This document shows, piece by piece, positions 38,275-49,609 of a stretch of DNA of 64,000 bases (the stretch's first letter is position 1; every line of letters begins with the position of its first letter). The position numbers and the translations under genes are program-made. The notes under the pieces are model-generated. The model saw only the letters and a list, made by a program, of their open reading frames with translations, did not search any database and was not told the DNA's origin. This DNA is from Terriglobia bacterium (GTDB taxonomy: Bacteria; Acidobacteriota; Terriglobia; 20CM-2-55-15), in contig CAXWPJ010000002.1 in assembly GCA_963664115.2 (NCBI GenBank), forward strand, positions 32,001 through 96,000, written 5' to 3'.

Positions 38275-39837
38275 ATGACGATGTTCCCGACCACGCTTGT
38301 GTTTCGCCCGGTTCTCCTGTTTGTGTTGCTTGTCCTGTTGCTCACGCTCCCGATGTCGGCTCAGACACAAGAGCCCCTCGACCTGGACGCGATTTACAGA
38401 ATCAAGGACGAGGGCCTCAACCGATCCGAGGTCATGGAAATTGCGAGCTATCTGACCGATGTTTACGGTCCCCGTTTGACGGGTTCCCCCAACATTCGAA
38501 TGGCAGGGGACTACGCACGGAGCAAGTTGGTCGAGTGGGAACTGGTCGATGCCGCACTCGAGGAATGGGGTCCCTTTGGTCGCGGTTGGACCAACGATCG
38601 TTTCTCTGCGCACATGACGATCATGGGCCAGAGCTACCCGATGATCGGATATCCCAAGGCCTGGACCCCGGGTACCGAAGGTTCGGTTCAGGGCGTGGCC
38701 GTGATTGCGGTCATAGAAACTCCCGAGGATATCGAAGAATTCAGAGGGCAACTGGGCGGGAAGTATGTCCTGACAGAAACCATGCGCGCGGTGCCGGCGC
38801 TGTTTGAAGCCCCGGGACGGCGCTTCACCGATGAAGAACTGGAAACGCGGGCCCAACAGGCCGTGCGTGTTCGTAGGGGCGGGGGCAGAGGCCGCAACAA
38901 CCGCGAGTTTGCTCGAACTCGGATGGAGTTCTTTCTCGACGAAGGTGTCGCGGCCCTTCTGGAACCCGGAAACGGTTCCGGCGGGACTGTCTTCGTTCAA
39001 AGCGGCGGACGTTGGGAAGTGGATGCCGACCCCGTTGCACTGCAGGTCGAGCTTGCAGTGGAGCACTACGGCCGCATATACCGGACTCTTGAGAAGGACG
39101 TGGCGGTTACGCTGGAGATGGATGTCCGGAACACCTTTCACGACGATGACCTGAACGCGTTCAACGTGGTCGGAGAGATTCCCGGCACCGACAGGGCCGA
39201 CGAAATCGTTATGCTGGGAGCCCACTTTGATTCCTGGCACTCGGGAACGGGTGCCACCGATAACGCCGCAGGATCCGCGGTCATGATGGAAGCGGTCCGT
39301 ATCCTGAAGGCGGTTGGGCTGCCCATGCGTCGGACGGTGCGCATCGCACTGTGGACCGGAGAAGAGCACGGCTTTTTCGGTTCCCGTGCTTTTGTGGCCG
39401 AACACCTGGGGGACAGACAGACGATGCAGCTCAAGGCTGACCATTCTAAGTTCGCGGGTTACTTTAATGTAGACAATGGAACTGGATCAATACGAGGTAT
39501 TTATTCTCAGGGTAACGAGCGTGTTGAGCCCATATTTACGCGGTGGATCGAGCCCTTCGAGAGCCTGGGCATGACCACTTTCAGTATCCGATCCACTGGG
39601 GGTACCGACCACCTTGCGTTTGATGAGGTCGGCTTGCCCGGATTTCAATTCATCCAGGATCCGATTGAATACAACAGCCGCACCCACCATTCCAGCATGG
39701 ATGTCTACGAACGGATACAGGCTGAGGACTTGATGAAGAATGCCGTGATTGTCGCTGCGTTTGTTTACCATGCCGCGAACCGCGAGGAGCTTTTACCCCG
39801 CAAACCCCTGCCGGCACCGCGAGAACCGGAGGACTAG
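38275..39837 (+). CDS. M28 family metallopeptidase (carboxypeptidase Q-like)
   Basis: GPRLTGS, GAHFDSW, GATDNAAG, GEEHG, GTDH, HHSSMD. Confidence 0.9.
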   Translation: MTMFPTTLVFRPVLLFVLLVLLLTLPMSAQTQEPLDLDAIYRIKDEGLNRSEVMEIASYLTDVYGPRLTGSPNIRMAGDYARSKLVEWELVDAALEEWGPFGRGWTNDRFSAHMTIMGQSYPMIGYPKAWTPGTEGSVQGVAVIAVIETPEDIEEFRGQLGGKYVLTETMRAVPALFEAPGRRFTDEELETRAQQAVRVRRGGGRGRNNREFARTRMEFFLDEGVAALLEPGNGSGGTVFVQSGGRWEVDADPVALQVELAVEHYGRIYRTLEKDVAVTLEMDVRNTFHDDDLNAFNVVGEIPGTDRADEIVMLGAHFDSWHSGTGATDNAAGSAVMMEAVRILKAVGLPMRRTVRIALWTGEEHGFFGSRAFVAEHLGDRQTMQLKADHSKFAGYFNVDNGTGSIRGIYSQGNERVEPIFTRWIEPFESLGMTTFSIRSTGGTDHLAFDEVGLPGFQFIQDPIEYNSRTHHSSMDVYERIQAEDLMKNAVIVAAFVYHAANREELLPRKPLPAPREPED

Positions 39838-39903
39838 TAATTGCGCACCTTGAGCGAAACGGGATAAGATTGTCCGTGAGTCTGGACGCCCTTTGGAGGC
39901 ACT

Positions 39904-40461
39904 ATGAGTGATGGAATCAAGTTAGGCCGTGCGTGTGAAGTCGTGGAGGTACCGGGAGGCCGGGCCGTCCAGTTGCCGGAGGGCACCCCCGTGTCGATTA
40001 CGCAGGCCCTGGGTGGCTCCTACACGTTGATGGTGCCTTCTTTGGGCGGTTTGTTCCGTCTGGCGGATCGCGATGCGGACGCGATTGGAAAAGAAGTTGT
40101 CGAAGAGCCGCCCGTTTCCGGTGAGTCGGGCGAAGCCCCATCCGGGGCCGACCTGAGGGACCAGGTTTGGGCACAGCTCAAGACCTGCTTCGATCCGGAG
40201 ATTCCAGTGAACATTGTTGACCTCGGTTTGATTTACGAACTCGAAGTGGGACCGCCCACCGCCGGCGGTTCGCGCGTCGACGTGAAGATGACCTTGACTG
40301 CCCAGGGATGCGGTATGGGCGATTCGATCGCGGCCGATGCCCGGCACAAGATCGAAGGACTTCCCGGTGTCGAAGTGGCCGATGTTCAGATCGTATGGGA
40401 GCCGGCCTGGACTCCCGAACGGATGACAGAAGAAGGAAAAACCCGGATGGGAATCAACTGA
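39904..40461 (+). CDS. sufT: Putative Fe-S cluster assembly protein SufT (DUF59)
   Basis: ITQALGGSYT, CFDPEIPVNIVDLGLIY, MTLTAQGCGMG, VWEPAW. Confidence 0.88.
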   Translation: MSDGIKLGRACEVVEVPGGRAVQLPEGTPVSITQALGGSYTLMVPSLGGLFRLADRDADAIGKEVVEEPPVSGESGEAPSGADLRDQVWAQLKTCFDPEIPVNIVDLGLIYELEVGPPTAGGSRVDVKMTLTAQGCGMGDSIAADARHKIEGLPGVEVADVQIVWEPAWTPERMTEEGKTRMGIN

Positions 40462-40755
40462 ACGATTCCGGTCCTGTTCAAGTCTACCGACAGGGGAGGG
40501 AGCCTCCCTCGCCTGTCCTTATTACCAGTAACAGCCCGTGGTTCAAGTTGAAGCCGGCGATTATCCGTGTCGCCCACTCGGTGGGGCATGGGGCAGGAAA
40601 GCCGACTTCCAAGCCAACCGATGAAGCTCCCGATGTCCTGAGCTATCTGAAGCAGTCAGTAACCGGTCCCGGATAGAGTTTGTTGCGCGCGAGTCTGTCT
40701 TGATCGGCGCATGTGTGCATGATAGTTTCGCCGTTATATTGTTAAGGAGAAACAT

Positions 40756-42678
40756 ATGGCTGGTCGACTCTGGGCAGTATTATTTCTGACCTCCGCAACT
40801 CTGGGTTGTACAGGCGTTTCGGCTGACTCAGAACACTTTGGCCGGGTAACACCGCCTGAGGGACAGACCCTGCGTTATATCTCGGGATCCGAGCCGCAAA
40901 CCATGGATCCGCAGGTCGGTACAGGCCAACCGGAAGCGCGGATCTATATGGCGCTTTTCGACGGCTTGACCGAGCATCACCCGCAGACGAATCAGCCGAT
41001 GCCGAGCCTGGCCGAGAGATGGGAGGTCAACGAAGACAACTCGGAGTTCGTATTCCATATGCGACGTGATGCGCGTTGGTCCGATGGAGAACCGATCACT
41101 GCCCAAGACATGGTTTATTCCTGGCGACGCGCCCTGTCTCCCGAATTGGCGGCGCCAAACGCCTACCTGGCGTTCCACATCAAATACTCCCAGGCCTACA
41201 ACGAGAGCGGGTTTTTTGTCCGCGACCCGGAGAGCGGCAGGTATGTGCTGGATTCCGATATTTCTGGTGAGGTCGATGGTCTCGGGCCGCTTGAATCGAA
41301 TTCAGGAATGACACCGTTTCGCCGCTTCATGTCCGGGCCGATGCGCTTGACCCTGCCGGGCGATGAAGAGAGCCAGCAGACACTGTACCGGGCGAATCCG
41401 CGCCTCGCGGAGTGGGTTAGGGGAAAGGATCTGGTCCCAGTTACGGCTGCGGACATGGGCATCGAAGCCGTCGATCCCTATACGCTGCGGGTAACGCTCT
41501 CTCAGCCGGTGCCCTTCTTTCCCGGTTTACTCACACATCAGTTCCTGCGTCCGGTACCTGAACAGGTGATTGAGGCCCATGGAGATGATTGGACCGATGT
41601 CGAAAACATCGTGACGAGCGGTCCGTTTCTACTGGAAACGTACCAGGCCTACGACAAGATCGTCGTCGTCAAGAGCCCGACGTATTGGGATGCGGACCGC
41701 GTGCGCTTGGAACAGATCACGTTCTACCCGATGGAAGAAGCGACGACGATGATGAACCTCTACAAGGCCGGCGTGGTCGACGCGGTATTCAACCATGTGG
41801 TCCCCATCGCCTGGCTCGACCAGATTGGACCGCTGCTCGATTACATGAACGCTCCTGAAAACGCCATCGAGTATTACATCTTCAATACGACCCAGCCGCC
41901 CATGGATGACATTCGAGTCCGAAGGGCTTTCAACGCTGCCGTCGACAAGGTTGCTCTCGCGGAATTCAAAAGGACAGCCAAACCCTTAACGGCGTTCTCT
42001 CCCGAAGGCATATTCCCCGGATACGTTCAGCCTGTGGGCGACGACTTCGACGTTGACCGCGCACGGCGGCTTTTGGCGGAGGCGGGATACAGTGACGCAA
42101 ACGGCGACTATGACCCCTCGACGTTTCCCATTGGGGAGGTCGAACTGACCTACAACACCACCGAGAGCAACCGGCAGGTTGCGGAATTCGTTCAGGCGCA
42201 GTGGCGGCAGAATCTGGGTCTTACGGTGGGCTTGAAGAACATGGAGTGGCAAGCCTACCTGGAAGACACGCGCACGATGGCCTTCAAGGGAATAGCGCGC
42301 AGAGGCTGGGTCGGGGACTACATGGATCCCTATACTTTCCTTGAGCTGTTCGCGACCCCAACCGGAAACAACGGCAGCGGATGGTTTTCGCCCGAGTATC
42401 TCGAGAATCTGAATCGAGGCAACAGTTCTCTGGATCCCGAGGAGCGTTTCCGGCTGCTTGCCGAGGCCGAAGCTCAGATACTTGAGGTCCAGCCGATAAT
42501 TCCTCTGTTCACCAACTCCACCAACTGGATGAAAAAGCCCTACGTCAAGGGCATGTACCCCAATCCCGGCACGATGCATCCCTGGAAATACGTTTACATC
42601 GAACACGATCCCGCTCTCTGGGATCGCGGAACGCCGTCACTGGTGCCTGATGGCAAGTACCAGGAACCCTCAGACTGA
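40756..42678 (+). CDS. oppA: Oligopeptide ABC transporter substrate-binding protein
   Basis: EPQTMDP, LFDGL, SLAERWE, WSDGEPITAQD, SGPF, GWVGDYMDP. Confidence 0.9.
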   Translation: MAGRLWAVLFLTSATLGCTGVSADSEHFGRVTPPEGQTLRYISGSEPQTMDPQVGTGQPEARIYMALFDGLTEHHPQTNQPMPSLAERWEVNEDNSEFVFHMRRDARWSDGEPITAQDMVYSWRRALSPELAAPNAYLAFHIKYSQAYNESGFFVRDPESGRYVLDSDISGEVDGLGPLESNSGMTPFRRFMSGPMRLTLPGDEESQQTLYRANPRLAEWVRGKDLVPVTAADMGIEAVDPYTLRVTLSQPVPFFPGLLTHQFLRPVPEQVIEAHGDDWTDVENIVTSGPFLLETYQAYDKIVVVKSPTYWDADRVRLEQITFYPMEEATTMMNLYKAGVVDAVFNHVVPIAWLDQIGPLLDYMNAPENAIEYYIFNTTQPPMDDIRVRRAFNAAVDKVALAEFKRTAKPLTAFSPEGIFPGYVQPVGDDFDVDRARRLLAEAGYSDANGDYDPSTFPIGEVELTYNTTESNRQVAEFVQAQWRQNLGLTVGLKNMEWQAYLEDTRTMAFKGIARRGWVGDYMDPYTFLELFATPTGNNGSGWFSPEYLENLNRGNSSLDPEERFRLLAEAEAQILEVQPIIPLFTNSTNWMKKPYVKGMYPNPGTMHPWKYVYIEHDPALWDRGTPSLVPDGKYQEPSD

Positions 42679-42685
42679 TAGCACC

Positions 42686-43606
42686 ATGTTGCGTTTCGTC
42701 ATTCGTCGACTGATGGTCACCCTGCCCATGATTCTGGTGGTGGTCTCGCTGACCTGGGGACTGATTCGCCTCGCGCCCGGGAACTTTTATACCGGAGAAA
42801 AGGTTCTGCCTCCCGCGATCGAGCAGAACATCCGAGAAAAGTACGGTTTGGACCAGCCGTGGTATGTGCAGTATGGCCGGATGCTGAGTAACACTCTGCA
42901 TGGGGACTTCGGCAATTCACTGCGCTACCAGGGCCAGTCGGTCAACGAAATCCTGAGAAACTCTCTTCCCGTTTCGGCGAGCATCGGACTTGCTGCATAC
43001 CTGCTGGCATTGCTTGTGGGTGTCACCACGGGAGCGATCTCTGCCCTCCGGCAGAATTCGGGCCTGGATCACGCTTCGATGGGTTTCGCGATGATCGGCA
43101 TCTCCCTGCCGAATTTCGTTCTCGGACCGATTCTGGTGCTTACGTTTGCATTGACGTTCTTCTGGTTACCGCCCGCGCGATGGGAGGGTTTCTGGAGCCT
43201 AAATACCATCCTTCCCGTCGTGACGCTTTCATTGGTTTACATGGCATACATAGCCCGATTGTCGCGATCGGGGATGCTTGAGGTACTGCGATCCAACTAC
43301 ATCAGGACGGCTCGCGCCAAGGGCCTCAAAGAAAAAGACGTCGTCATCCGCCATGGACTCCGCGGCGGGCTGCTACCGGTGGTGTCGTTTACTGGCCCAG
43401 CCCTGGCATTGCTGATTACGGGTACGGTCGTCGTGGAACGCGTATTCGCATTGCCTGGCCTTGGCCAGTACTTCATCAATGCCAACCTCAACCGTGACGA
43501 GCCGCTCATTATCGGCATCGTGGCTTTCATGTCGATTACAGTTCTCCTGTTCAATCTATTGGTGGACGTGGCTTATGGTTTTTTTGATCCCCGGGTGCGC
43601 TACTGA
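42686..43606 (+). CDS. oppB: Oligopeptide ABC permease
   Basis: YGLDQP, GDFGNS, YIRTARAKGL, VERVFALPGLG. Confidence 0.92.
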   Translation: MLRFVIRRLMVTLPMILVVVSLTWGLIRLAPGNFYTGEKVLPPAIEQNIREKYGLDQPWYVQYGRMLSNTLHGDFGNSLRYQGQSVNEILRNSLPVSASIGLAAYLLALLVGVTTGAISALRQNSGLDHASMGFAMIGISLPNFVLGPILVLTFALTFFWLPPARWEGFWSLNTILPVVTLSLVYMAYIARLSRSGMLEVLRSNYIRTARAKGLKEKDVVIRHGLRGGLLPVVSFTGPALALLITGTVVVERVFALPGLGQYFINANLNRDEPLIIGIVAFMSITVLLFNLLVDVAYGFFDPRVRY

Positions 43607-44544
43607 TGACTGAAGACGAACCCGATATCGTTCAAGGCACGTCTCTCTGGAAGGACGCGTGGCGGCGTCTTCGCCGCAATCGCCTGGCCGTTGTCGGAAT
43701 GATCATCGTAAGCGTGATCGTCCTGGCTTCTCTGATCGGTCCGCCTATTATCGAGAGAGCCACTGGATTCACCTACGATTACATCCCTTCCGATTCGGGC
43801 TTGGTTCGGTCGTTCCCGCCATTTACGTCCGCGGACGGTTCGTTTTCCTGGACACATCCCATGGGAACTGACGATGCGGGGCGAGATCTGCTGGCCCGGG
43901 TGCTGCTGGGGGGGCGGATTTCATTGATGGTAGGCCTCATCTCGACGCTGGTTTCTTTGATTATTGGTGTGACTTTCGGGGCGACGGCGGGATATTCCGG
44001 AGGAAAAATCGATGATGCCATGATGCGGATCGTGGATGTCCTGTATGCGATTCCTTACATGATGGTGGTGATCGTTCTGTTGGCGTTTTTCGGGGGGCAA
44101 TCGCCGTTGGGGCAATTGTTTCTTTTGTTCATAGGTCTGGGGGCCGTCTCCTGGCTAACGATGGCCCGAATCGTCCGGGGACAAGTCATATCGCTGAAGA
44201 ATCAGGAATTCGTGCTCGCGGCGCGAGCGTCCGGGGCACCTCCGGTCAAGATCATTTTCAGACATCTCGTGCCGAATACGCTGGGACCGGTCATCGTCTA
44301 TGCCACGCTGACGATCCCATCGGTCATGCTCCTTGAGGCATTTCTGTCCTTCCTCGGACTGGGAGTCCAGGCGCCGCTGGCGTCATGGGGGAGTTTGGCG
44401 GCGGACGGCATTCGGAACATCGCGATCTTCCCCTGGCAGCTCATCTTTCCCGGTATGACGATGGCGGCCGCACTGTTTTCGCTGAACTTCGTGGGTGATG
44501 GCCTCCGGGACGCGCTGGACCCCCAGATGCGAAAGACGGATTAA
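43606..44544 (+). CDS. oppC: Oligopeptide ABC permease
   Basis: SLWKDAWRRL, HPMGTDDAGRDL, EFVLAARASG, GDGLRDALDP. Confidence 0.92.
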   Translation: MTEDEPDIVQGTSLWKDAWRRLRRNRLAVVGMIIVSVIVLASLIGPPIIERATGFTYDYIPSDSGLVRSFPPFTSADGSFSWTHPMGTDDAGRDLLARVLLGGRISLMVGLISTLVSLIIGVTFGATAGYSGGKIDDAMMRIVDVLYAIPYMMVVIVLLAFFGGQSPLGQLFLLFIGLGAVSWLTMARIVRGQVISLKNQEFVLAARASGAPPVKIIFRHLVPNTLGPVIVYATLTIPSVMLLEAFLSFLGLGVQAPLASWGSLAADGIRNIAIFPWQLIFPGMTMAAALFSLNFVGDGLRDALDPQMRKTD

Positions 44545-44554
44545 CTCACCCCGC

Positions 44555-45589
44555 ATGTCACAAGCTTTCGAAGAGAGGACTGCTTCGGACCCCTCGCCGC
44601 CGCTGTTGTCGGTTCGCGGACTTCAAACCTATTTCGAGACGGACGAAGGCACGGAAAAGGCCGTCGACGGAGTCGACTTCGAACTCCGCCGTGGAAAGAC
44701 TCTTGGGATCGTGGGGGAGTCCGGTTCCGGCAAATCGGTGACGAATCTGTCTATCATGGGACTCATTCCCACGCCGCCGGGACGCATTGCGGGAGGCGAG
44801 ATCGAGTTCGATGGCCAGGATTTGCTCTCGCTGACACCGGATCAGATGCGGCGCTTTCGCGGCAATCGGATCGCGATGATCTTTCAGGATCCGATGACTT
44901 CGCTGAACCCGTTTATGAGGATCTCCAACCAGTTGATGGAAATGACGCGTCTGCACCGCGGGTACGGAAAGAGCGAGGCCTTCGAGCATGCTGTGGAGAT
45001 GCTTGAGCGGGTCGGTATTCCCGACGCCCGATCCCGGTCTCGAAGTTATCCTCATGAATTTTCCGGAGGGATGCGGCAGCGGGTCATGATCGCGATGGCG
45101 CTTTCGTGTGATCCGGAACTCCTGATTGCTGACGAGCCGACCACGGCTCTCGATGTCACGATTCAGGCCCAGATTCTCGACCTGATTCGGCGGATGAAAG
45201 AAGATCGAGGGACCAGCGTCATACTGGTGACCCACGATCTCGGTGTCGTTGCGGGCATGGCCGACGAAATCGTGGTGATGTACGCGGGCAAGATCTTCGA
45301 ACGCGCACCGACCCGGACGTTGTTCAGCAGATCCGCGAATCCCTATACGCGGGGACTCTTGCGTTCCGTCCCCGGAGCATCTGCAGATTCGCACGCACTG
45401 TATCAAATCCCCGGGCTGCCGCCCCACCTGTCCCGGCTGGGCCCGGGCTGTCCGTTTGCACCGCGTTGCGATCGGGCGACGGACCAGTGTCGCAGCGAGT
45501 TTCCACCTTTTGTTCGAATTGCTCCGGATCATTATTCCTTGTGTCATGTAGCGAGCGAAGTTTATTCCGAGGTGCCTGCCAGTGACTGA
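44555..45589 (+). CDS. oppD: Oligopeptide ABC ATPase
   Basis: [42 protein letters not shown]. Confidence 0.92.
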   Translation: MSQAFEERTASDPSPPLLSVRGLQTYFETDEGTEKAVDGVDFELRRGKTLGIVGESGSGKSVTNLSIMGLIPTPPGRIAGGEIEFDGQDLLSLTPDQMRRFRGNRIAMIFQDPMTSLNPFMRISNQLMEMTRLHRGYGKSEAFEHAVEMLERVGIPDARSRSRSYPHEFSGGMRQRVMIAMALSCDPELLIADEPTTALDVTIQAQILDLIRRMKEDRGTSVILVTHDLGVVAGMADEIVVMYAGKIFERAPTRTLFSRSANPYTRGLLRSVPGASADSHALYQIPGLPPHLSRLGPGCPFAPRCDRATDQCRSEFPPFVRIAPDHYSLCHVASEVYSEVPASD

Positions 45590-46640
45590 GGGCGCACCGC
45601 ACTTGTTGTCTGTCCGGGATCTCAAGGTTCACTTCGACCTGGGCGGCGGTGGGTGGTTGGATGTCCTGACGGGGTCGAAGAACGGCCGGCGGATCGTGAA
45701 AGCGGTGGATGGCGTTTCGATAGACATTCGAAAGGGCGAAACACTGGGCCTGGTCGGGGAGTCCGGTTGTGGAAAGTCCACCCTCGGAAGAGCGTTATTA
45801 CGGTTGACCGATATTACTGAGGGTGAGGTTCGATACAAAAATGTTGATCTGGCCAGTCTTTCCGACACGGAAATGCGGGGTCAACGGCGTCATTTGCAGA
45901 TGATTTTCCAGGACCCTTACGCGTCGCTCGATCCCAGAATGACGATTGGGCAGATCATTTCCGAGCCGATGGAAAACTTCGGGATTTCAAATCCTGCGGA
46001 AAGGGAAGACCGTGTACGGGATATCATGGAAACGGTCGGACTCAGTCCCCGATACATCCAGCGTTACCCGCACGAATTTTCCGGAGGTCAACAGCAGCGG
46101 ATTGGTATTGCCCGCGCGTTGGCCCCGGAGCCGGATTTCATTGTGGCCGATGAGCCCATATCCGCACTGGATGTTTCGATTCAAGCACAGATCATCAACT
46201 TGATCGAGCAGCTTCAGAGAGAGCGAAACCTTACCTATTTGTTTATTTCGCACGACCTCCGTGCGATCCGGCACACCTCTGATCGTGTCGCTGTGATGTA
46301 CCTTGGGAAGCTGGTCGAACTGGGCGAACCCGGGCAGCTTTACCGCAATCCCCTGATGCCGTATACGCGGGCTCTGATCTCAGCTGTCCCGATTCCTGAT
46401 CCAGTGGCTGAGGCGGCCCGCCAACGGATCGTCCTGGATGGGGACGTTCCCTCTCCGATCAATCCGCCCTCAGGCTGTCGGTTCCATACGCGCTGTGCCT
46501 ATGCGGTCCCTGCGTGCAGCGAACACACGCCGACTCTTGCCCAGATTGAACCGGACCACATGGCTGCCTGCATTCGCATAAGCCCAAAAGAGCCCGATAT
46601 CGACAAGATCGCTCCAGGCGCAACCCCGGGGCTGGACTGA
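45582..46640 (+). CDS. oppF: Oligopeptide ABC ATPase
   Basis: [45 protein letters not shown]. Confidence 0.92.
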   Translation: MTEGAPHLLSVRDLKVHFDLGGGGWLDVLTGSKNGRRIVKAVDGVSIDIRKGETLGLVGESGCGKSTLGRALLRLTDITEGEVRYKNVDLASLSDTEMRGQRRHLQMIFQDPYASLDPRMTIGQIISEPMENFGISNPAEREDRVRDIMETVGLSPRYIQRYPHEFSGGQQQRIGIARALAPEPDFIVADEPISALDVSIQAQIINLIEQLQRERNLTYLFISHDLRAIRHTSDRVAVMYLGKLVELGEPGQLYRNPLMPYTRALISAVPIPDPVAEAARQRIVLDGDVPSPINPPSGCRFHTRCAYAVPACSEHTPTLAQIEPDHMAACIRISPKEPDIDKIAPGATPGLD

Positions 46641-46726
46641 GCGGCTAAAAGACCGGCTTGTTTTACGCGTACCTCCTCTTGATATAATTGCTCCCTTTCT
46701 GATCACAGAGGCCTTGAGCGGTTCGT

Positions 46727-48547
46727 ATGGAAGATGAACGCATTGAAGAGATGACGAAGACGCAGCAGGAAACTCCTGTCGTTGAGGAGCGGCTTCGAAC
46801 GCCGATGACGATTCTGTTCAGCGACATTAAGGACTCGACGGCCTACTTTGAACGGAATGGTGATGTCGAGGGCCTCGCCATGGTCGAACGTCACAACAAT
46901 CTACTGTTCCCGTGTGTGGAAAACAACAGTGGGCGGATCATCAAGACCATTGGTGACGCGATCATGGCCATGTTTCTTGATCCCGTCGATGCAGTCACGG
47001 CGGCCGCGCGGATGCAGCTGGCCCTCGAAGAAGAAAACTCAGGGCGTGAAGTGTCCGAAGAGATTCACGTCAAAATTGGTGTCCATACGGGTCTGGGTCT
47101 GACGATGGGGAACGACGTCTTTGGCGATGTCGTCAATGCGGCCGCCAGGGTACAGGGTCAGGCGCAGCCCGACCAGATTCTGATCACCGACAGTCTGCTT
47201 TCAGCGGCACATACTGCCGGCTATCAGGCGGGTAAGCTGGGTCGCGCAAAGATGAAAGGGAAGGCCGAGCCCATCGATATCTACGCAGTCGGGTGGTCGC
47301 CGCGCGCAACACAGCAAGTGATCGACGATCTTCAGGAGCGATCTGCGAAACAACTTCAGGAATTTGAGGATGCTAAGGCCAAAAGGGAAGAAGACTTTGA
47401 TCGATTGCGTGCGGAATGGGGAGACGACCGCCGGAACCTCAACGCGGAGATCGAACGGCTGGAAGAGAGTGCGCAGGGTGCTATGGAATCGGCGCGCCAG
47501 CAGATCGGTGGTGAACTGCAGAAGCAGGGCCAGTTCAAGATCGAAGCCGCCAACAAGGCACGCGCGCAGGTCGAAGAGAATTTGAAGAGCACCCAGGAAC
47601 GTTTTGAAGTCGAGCGGGTCGGGTACAAGACCCAGATTGCGCGGCTTGAAAATCGCCTTGTTGAATCCATGGAGCAGGTGAATAATCCTGCTCGGACGGC
47701 CAACCTGGTTCGAGAGCAGGTCCAGTCGCGCTTGGCTGTTGCCAAGAAGGAATGGCAGGCACAGTGGGACGCGGAACGGAAGCGCCTGACGGAAGGGATT
47801 GCCAAAGCGAAGACCGCCGGTCCACAGGACCCGATGGCGGAAGCCCGCCGGCTGATGATGGAGCGGATCAAGGCCAAACAGGAAGGCAAGGAGTCGGGCC
47901 AGGGAGGCGAGGACAAAGCATCCATAGCATCCAAGGAAAAGCTGGAACGGGAGCGCGACGAGCTTCGCTCACGCATTCAGCTCATGGAGAAAGAAACGGA
48001 GAGGGCGGAAGCCGATCTGCGCGCCGAGGTGTCCAACCAGTTCCGGCACACCTTCGATCAGAAGATGGAACAGGCAACGCATACCCGGACCCAGCTCGAA
48101 CAGGAATTGCGGACGCTGACCGAAGAGTTGGCTGGCGAAAAACAGGCGGCCGCGTCGCGGATTCAGCACCTTGAAGAGGCGATCCCTGTCGCTGAAGAAG
48201 CCGCTAAAGTACAGGCAATCGCTGAGGCTCGTGCAGATTTTGAGGCGAAACTGGAAGAGGCTGATCGAGTGGCGTCACGTCTGCAAAGACAGAATCGAGA
48301 GACCGTAGAAGAATGGAATCTGGAGCGGGCCCAACTTGAAAAGCAGGTAAAGGAACTCGAATCGAATGTCAAACAGGCCCGGGAGATGGCCTTCAAGCGA
48401 TCGAGTGATCCAACGGTAGAAGAACTCAATCGTCTTCGACGGCAATTGGAAGAAGAATTTAAGACAAAGGCGGCGGTGTGGGACGAGGAGAAACGCCACC
48501 TCAGTGAAAAGATCCAGAATCTGGAAAATCCTTCCATCGACGAGTAA
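46727..48547 (+). CDS. Class III adenylate cyclase with long C-terminal coiled coil
   Basis: LFSDIKDST, IKTIGDAIM, DVFGDVVNAAARVQ; more than 400 aa of E/K/R/Q-rich heptads. Confidence 0.85.
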   Translation: MEDERIEEMTKTQQETPVVEERLRTPMTILFSDIKDSTAYFERNGDVEGLAMVERHNNLLFPCVENNSGRIIKTIGDAIMAMFLDPVDAVTAAARMQLALEEENSGREVSEEIHVKIGVHTGLGLTMGNDVFGDVVNAAARVQGQAQPDQILITDSLLSAAHTAGYQAGKLGRAKMKGKAEPIDIYAVGWSPRATQQVIDDLQERSAKQLQEFEDAKAKREEDFDRLRAEWGDDRRNLNAEIERLEESAQGAMESARQQIGGELQKQGQFKIEAANKARAQVEENLKSTQERFEVERVGYKTQIARLENRLVESMEQVNNPARTANLVREQVQSRLAVAKKEWQAQWDAERKRLTEGIAKAKTAGPQDPMAEARRLMMERIKAKQEGKESGQGGEDKASIASKEKLERERDELRSRIQLMEKETERAEADLRAEVSNQFRHTFDQKMEQATHTRTQLEQELRTLTEELAGEKQAAASRIQHLEEAIPVAEEAAKVQAIAEARADFEAKLEEADRVASRLQRQNRETVEEWNLERAQLEKQVKELESNVKQAREMAFKRSSDPTVEELNRLRRQLEEEFKTKAAVWDEEKRHLSEKIQNLENPSIDE

Positions 48548-48654
48548 ACCTTCTCGAATCAGTGCAGTTATAGAGTGCCCGATGCCGAGGCGATCCAAAA
48601 TCGCTTTCCCGACGTCTAAACCTGATACAGACTGATTAAGGAGGGCGGGTTCAC

Positions 48655-48885
48655 ATGGTTAAGAATTTCATTCCACGCTGCGACTTCTGTGGCCATGAAA
48701 TCCCCTTGGAAAGACATACACGCAGGAATGTTCCAGCAAACGGTATCGAACTACTCATCGTGGCTCTGGAAAATTCCGATCCCGAGTTTGAGTTCACTCA
48801 GAAGCCGGATGGAACAGTGGATCTCGATACCTGTTTGGATTGCTATTCACGTCTCGCCTTCACGCACACCCTCGCTGTTAATTAG
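48655..48885 (+). CDS. Small putative zinc-binding protein
   Basis: CDFC...CLDC; RBS AAGGAGG. Confidence 0.65.
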   Translation: MVKNFIPRCDFCGHEIPLERHTRRNVPANGIELLIVALENSDPEFEFTQKPDGTVDLDTCLDCYSRLAFTHTLAVN

Positions 48886-48903
48886 AAGTAGAAAAAGGGA
48901 ATT

Positions 48904-48950
48904 AACACGAAGGTCACGAAGATAAATTATGTCTTCGTGGCCTTCGTGTT
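48904..48950. terminator. Long hairpin between convergent genes
   Basis: AACACGAAGGTCACGAAGATA / TGTCTTCGTGGCCTTCGTGTT. Confidence 0.55.
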
Positions 48951-48993
48951 GAAAATTCGTTGATCGTCTCTGGTCCGAGCCGTACCGGGGATA

Positions 48994-49560
48994 TCAGAAA
49001 TTGACTACAGGCGCAGTTTCGGCCCCGGCTGCGGCTTCAAAGAAATCGCGCTGATCGAATCCCGTCATGTTCGCGATGACGCTGGCTGGGAATTGCCGTA
49101 CCGCTGTGTTGTAGGTCTGGATGGATTCATTGTAGCGTCGACGTTCGACGGCGATCCGGTTTTCGGTGCCGGCAAGCTCGTCCTGTAAAGCAAGGAAATT
49201 CTGATTGGACCGGAGTTCCGGGTAACTTTCCATGACAACCATGAGACGACCCAGTGCGCCTTCAAGCTGTCCGGCGACGGCCGCACGTTCGCCCGCGGTT
49301 CCGGCTTCTCCCCACTGGCTGCGAAGTCGTGTGACCTCGGTATACACTTCCTGTTCCTGATCGGCGAAACCCTGCACGGTGTTCACCAGATTGGGTATCA
49401 GGTCGTAGCGTCTCTGTAGGACGGTGTCGACTTGCGCCCAGGAACTTTCGGCCTGCTGATCCAAGCCCACCAGCCGGTTATACGTGCCGACGTAGCTTCC
49501 ACCCACGATCAATACTGCGAGCACCAGAGCACCGATAACGATCCAGCCTTTTGTGGACAT
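48994..49560 (-). CDS. lemA: LemA family protein
   Basis: YNRLV, WAQVD..LQRRYDLIPNLV, YPELRSNQNF..LQDELAGTENRIAVERRRYN. Confidence 0.95.
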   Translation of the reverse strand: MSTKGWIVIGALVLAVLIVGGSYVGTYNRLVGLDQQAESSWAQVDTVLQRRYDLIPNLVNTVQGFADQEQEVYTEVTRLRSQWGEAGTAGERAAVAGQLEGALGRLMVVMESYPELRSNQNFLALQDELAGTENRIAVERRRYNESIQTYNTAVRQFPASVIANMTGFDQRDFFEAAAGAETAPVVNF

Positions 49561-49609
49561 ATCACCTCCGAAACGAGAAGGTTGCCTAATTAGGATAACG
49601 CATAGTTAC

